A stretch of DNA of 64,000 nt from Octopus bimaculoides (taxonomy: Eukaryota): assembly GCF_001194135.2 (NCBI RefSeq), contig NC_068997.1, positions 26,777,945 through 26,841,944 on the forward strand. Direction: 5' to 3'. The notes under the pieces were generated by a model. It was not told the origin of the DNA and ran no database searches. It saw only the letters and a list, made by a program, of their open reading frames with translations. The position numbers and the translations under genes were made by a program. How positions within the stretch are numbered: the first letter of the stretch is position 1; every line of letters begins with the position of its first letter. This document shows positions 63,966-64,000 of the stretch, one piece after another.

Positions 63966-64000
<35 letters not shown>

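Larger units (their letters stand above)
1..64000. repeat. Very dense (TA)n, (CA)n, (GA)n, (ATT)n, (CAT)n and (TAGA)n microsatellites, many adjoining N-gaps
   Basis: Directly visible throughout; these account for most spurious ORFs in the ORF track. Confidence 0.98.

Overview
This is eukaryotic animal genomic DNA: AT-rich, dense in microsatellites and broken by many N-gaps. Its SINE, RTE-tail and MITE families look like those of an octopus (inferred from memory of these repeat families, not searched). No prokaryotic systems, CRISPR arrays, rRNA or true tRNA genes are supported. Bases 40-31851 (+) hold 16 phase-consistent 3' coding exons of a DmX-like / Rabconnectin-3alpha gene (DMXL1/2 ortholog). 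The gene also has an in-frame 84-nt candidate cassette exon and a U12-type minor intron. At least one internal exon and the terminal exon(s) are not visible and probably lie in assembly gaps. An unidentified convergent gene ends on the minus strand at about 38050 and has a 21-nt microexon. A third gene appears to start on + at about 58.4 kb. Mobile elements include a decayed RT + GIY-YIG Penelope-like element with tandem pseudo-LTRs (49.8-53.4 kb), a DD37D maT transposon, an IR-DR Tc1-like element, mariner, RTE and L1/Tx1 fragments, and many SINEs and MITEs. The most unusual signals are three. First, a nearly canonical type I hammerhead ribozyme (23801-23860, minus) inside an inverted-repeat-bounded element. 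Second, two recent near-perfect fold-back hairpins (107-bp and 34-bp arms) centred on short palindromes in retroposon 3' ends. Third, head-to-tail SINE trains. No wholly new system can be established from sequence alone.
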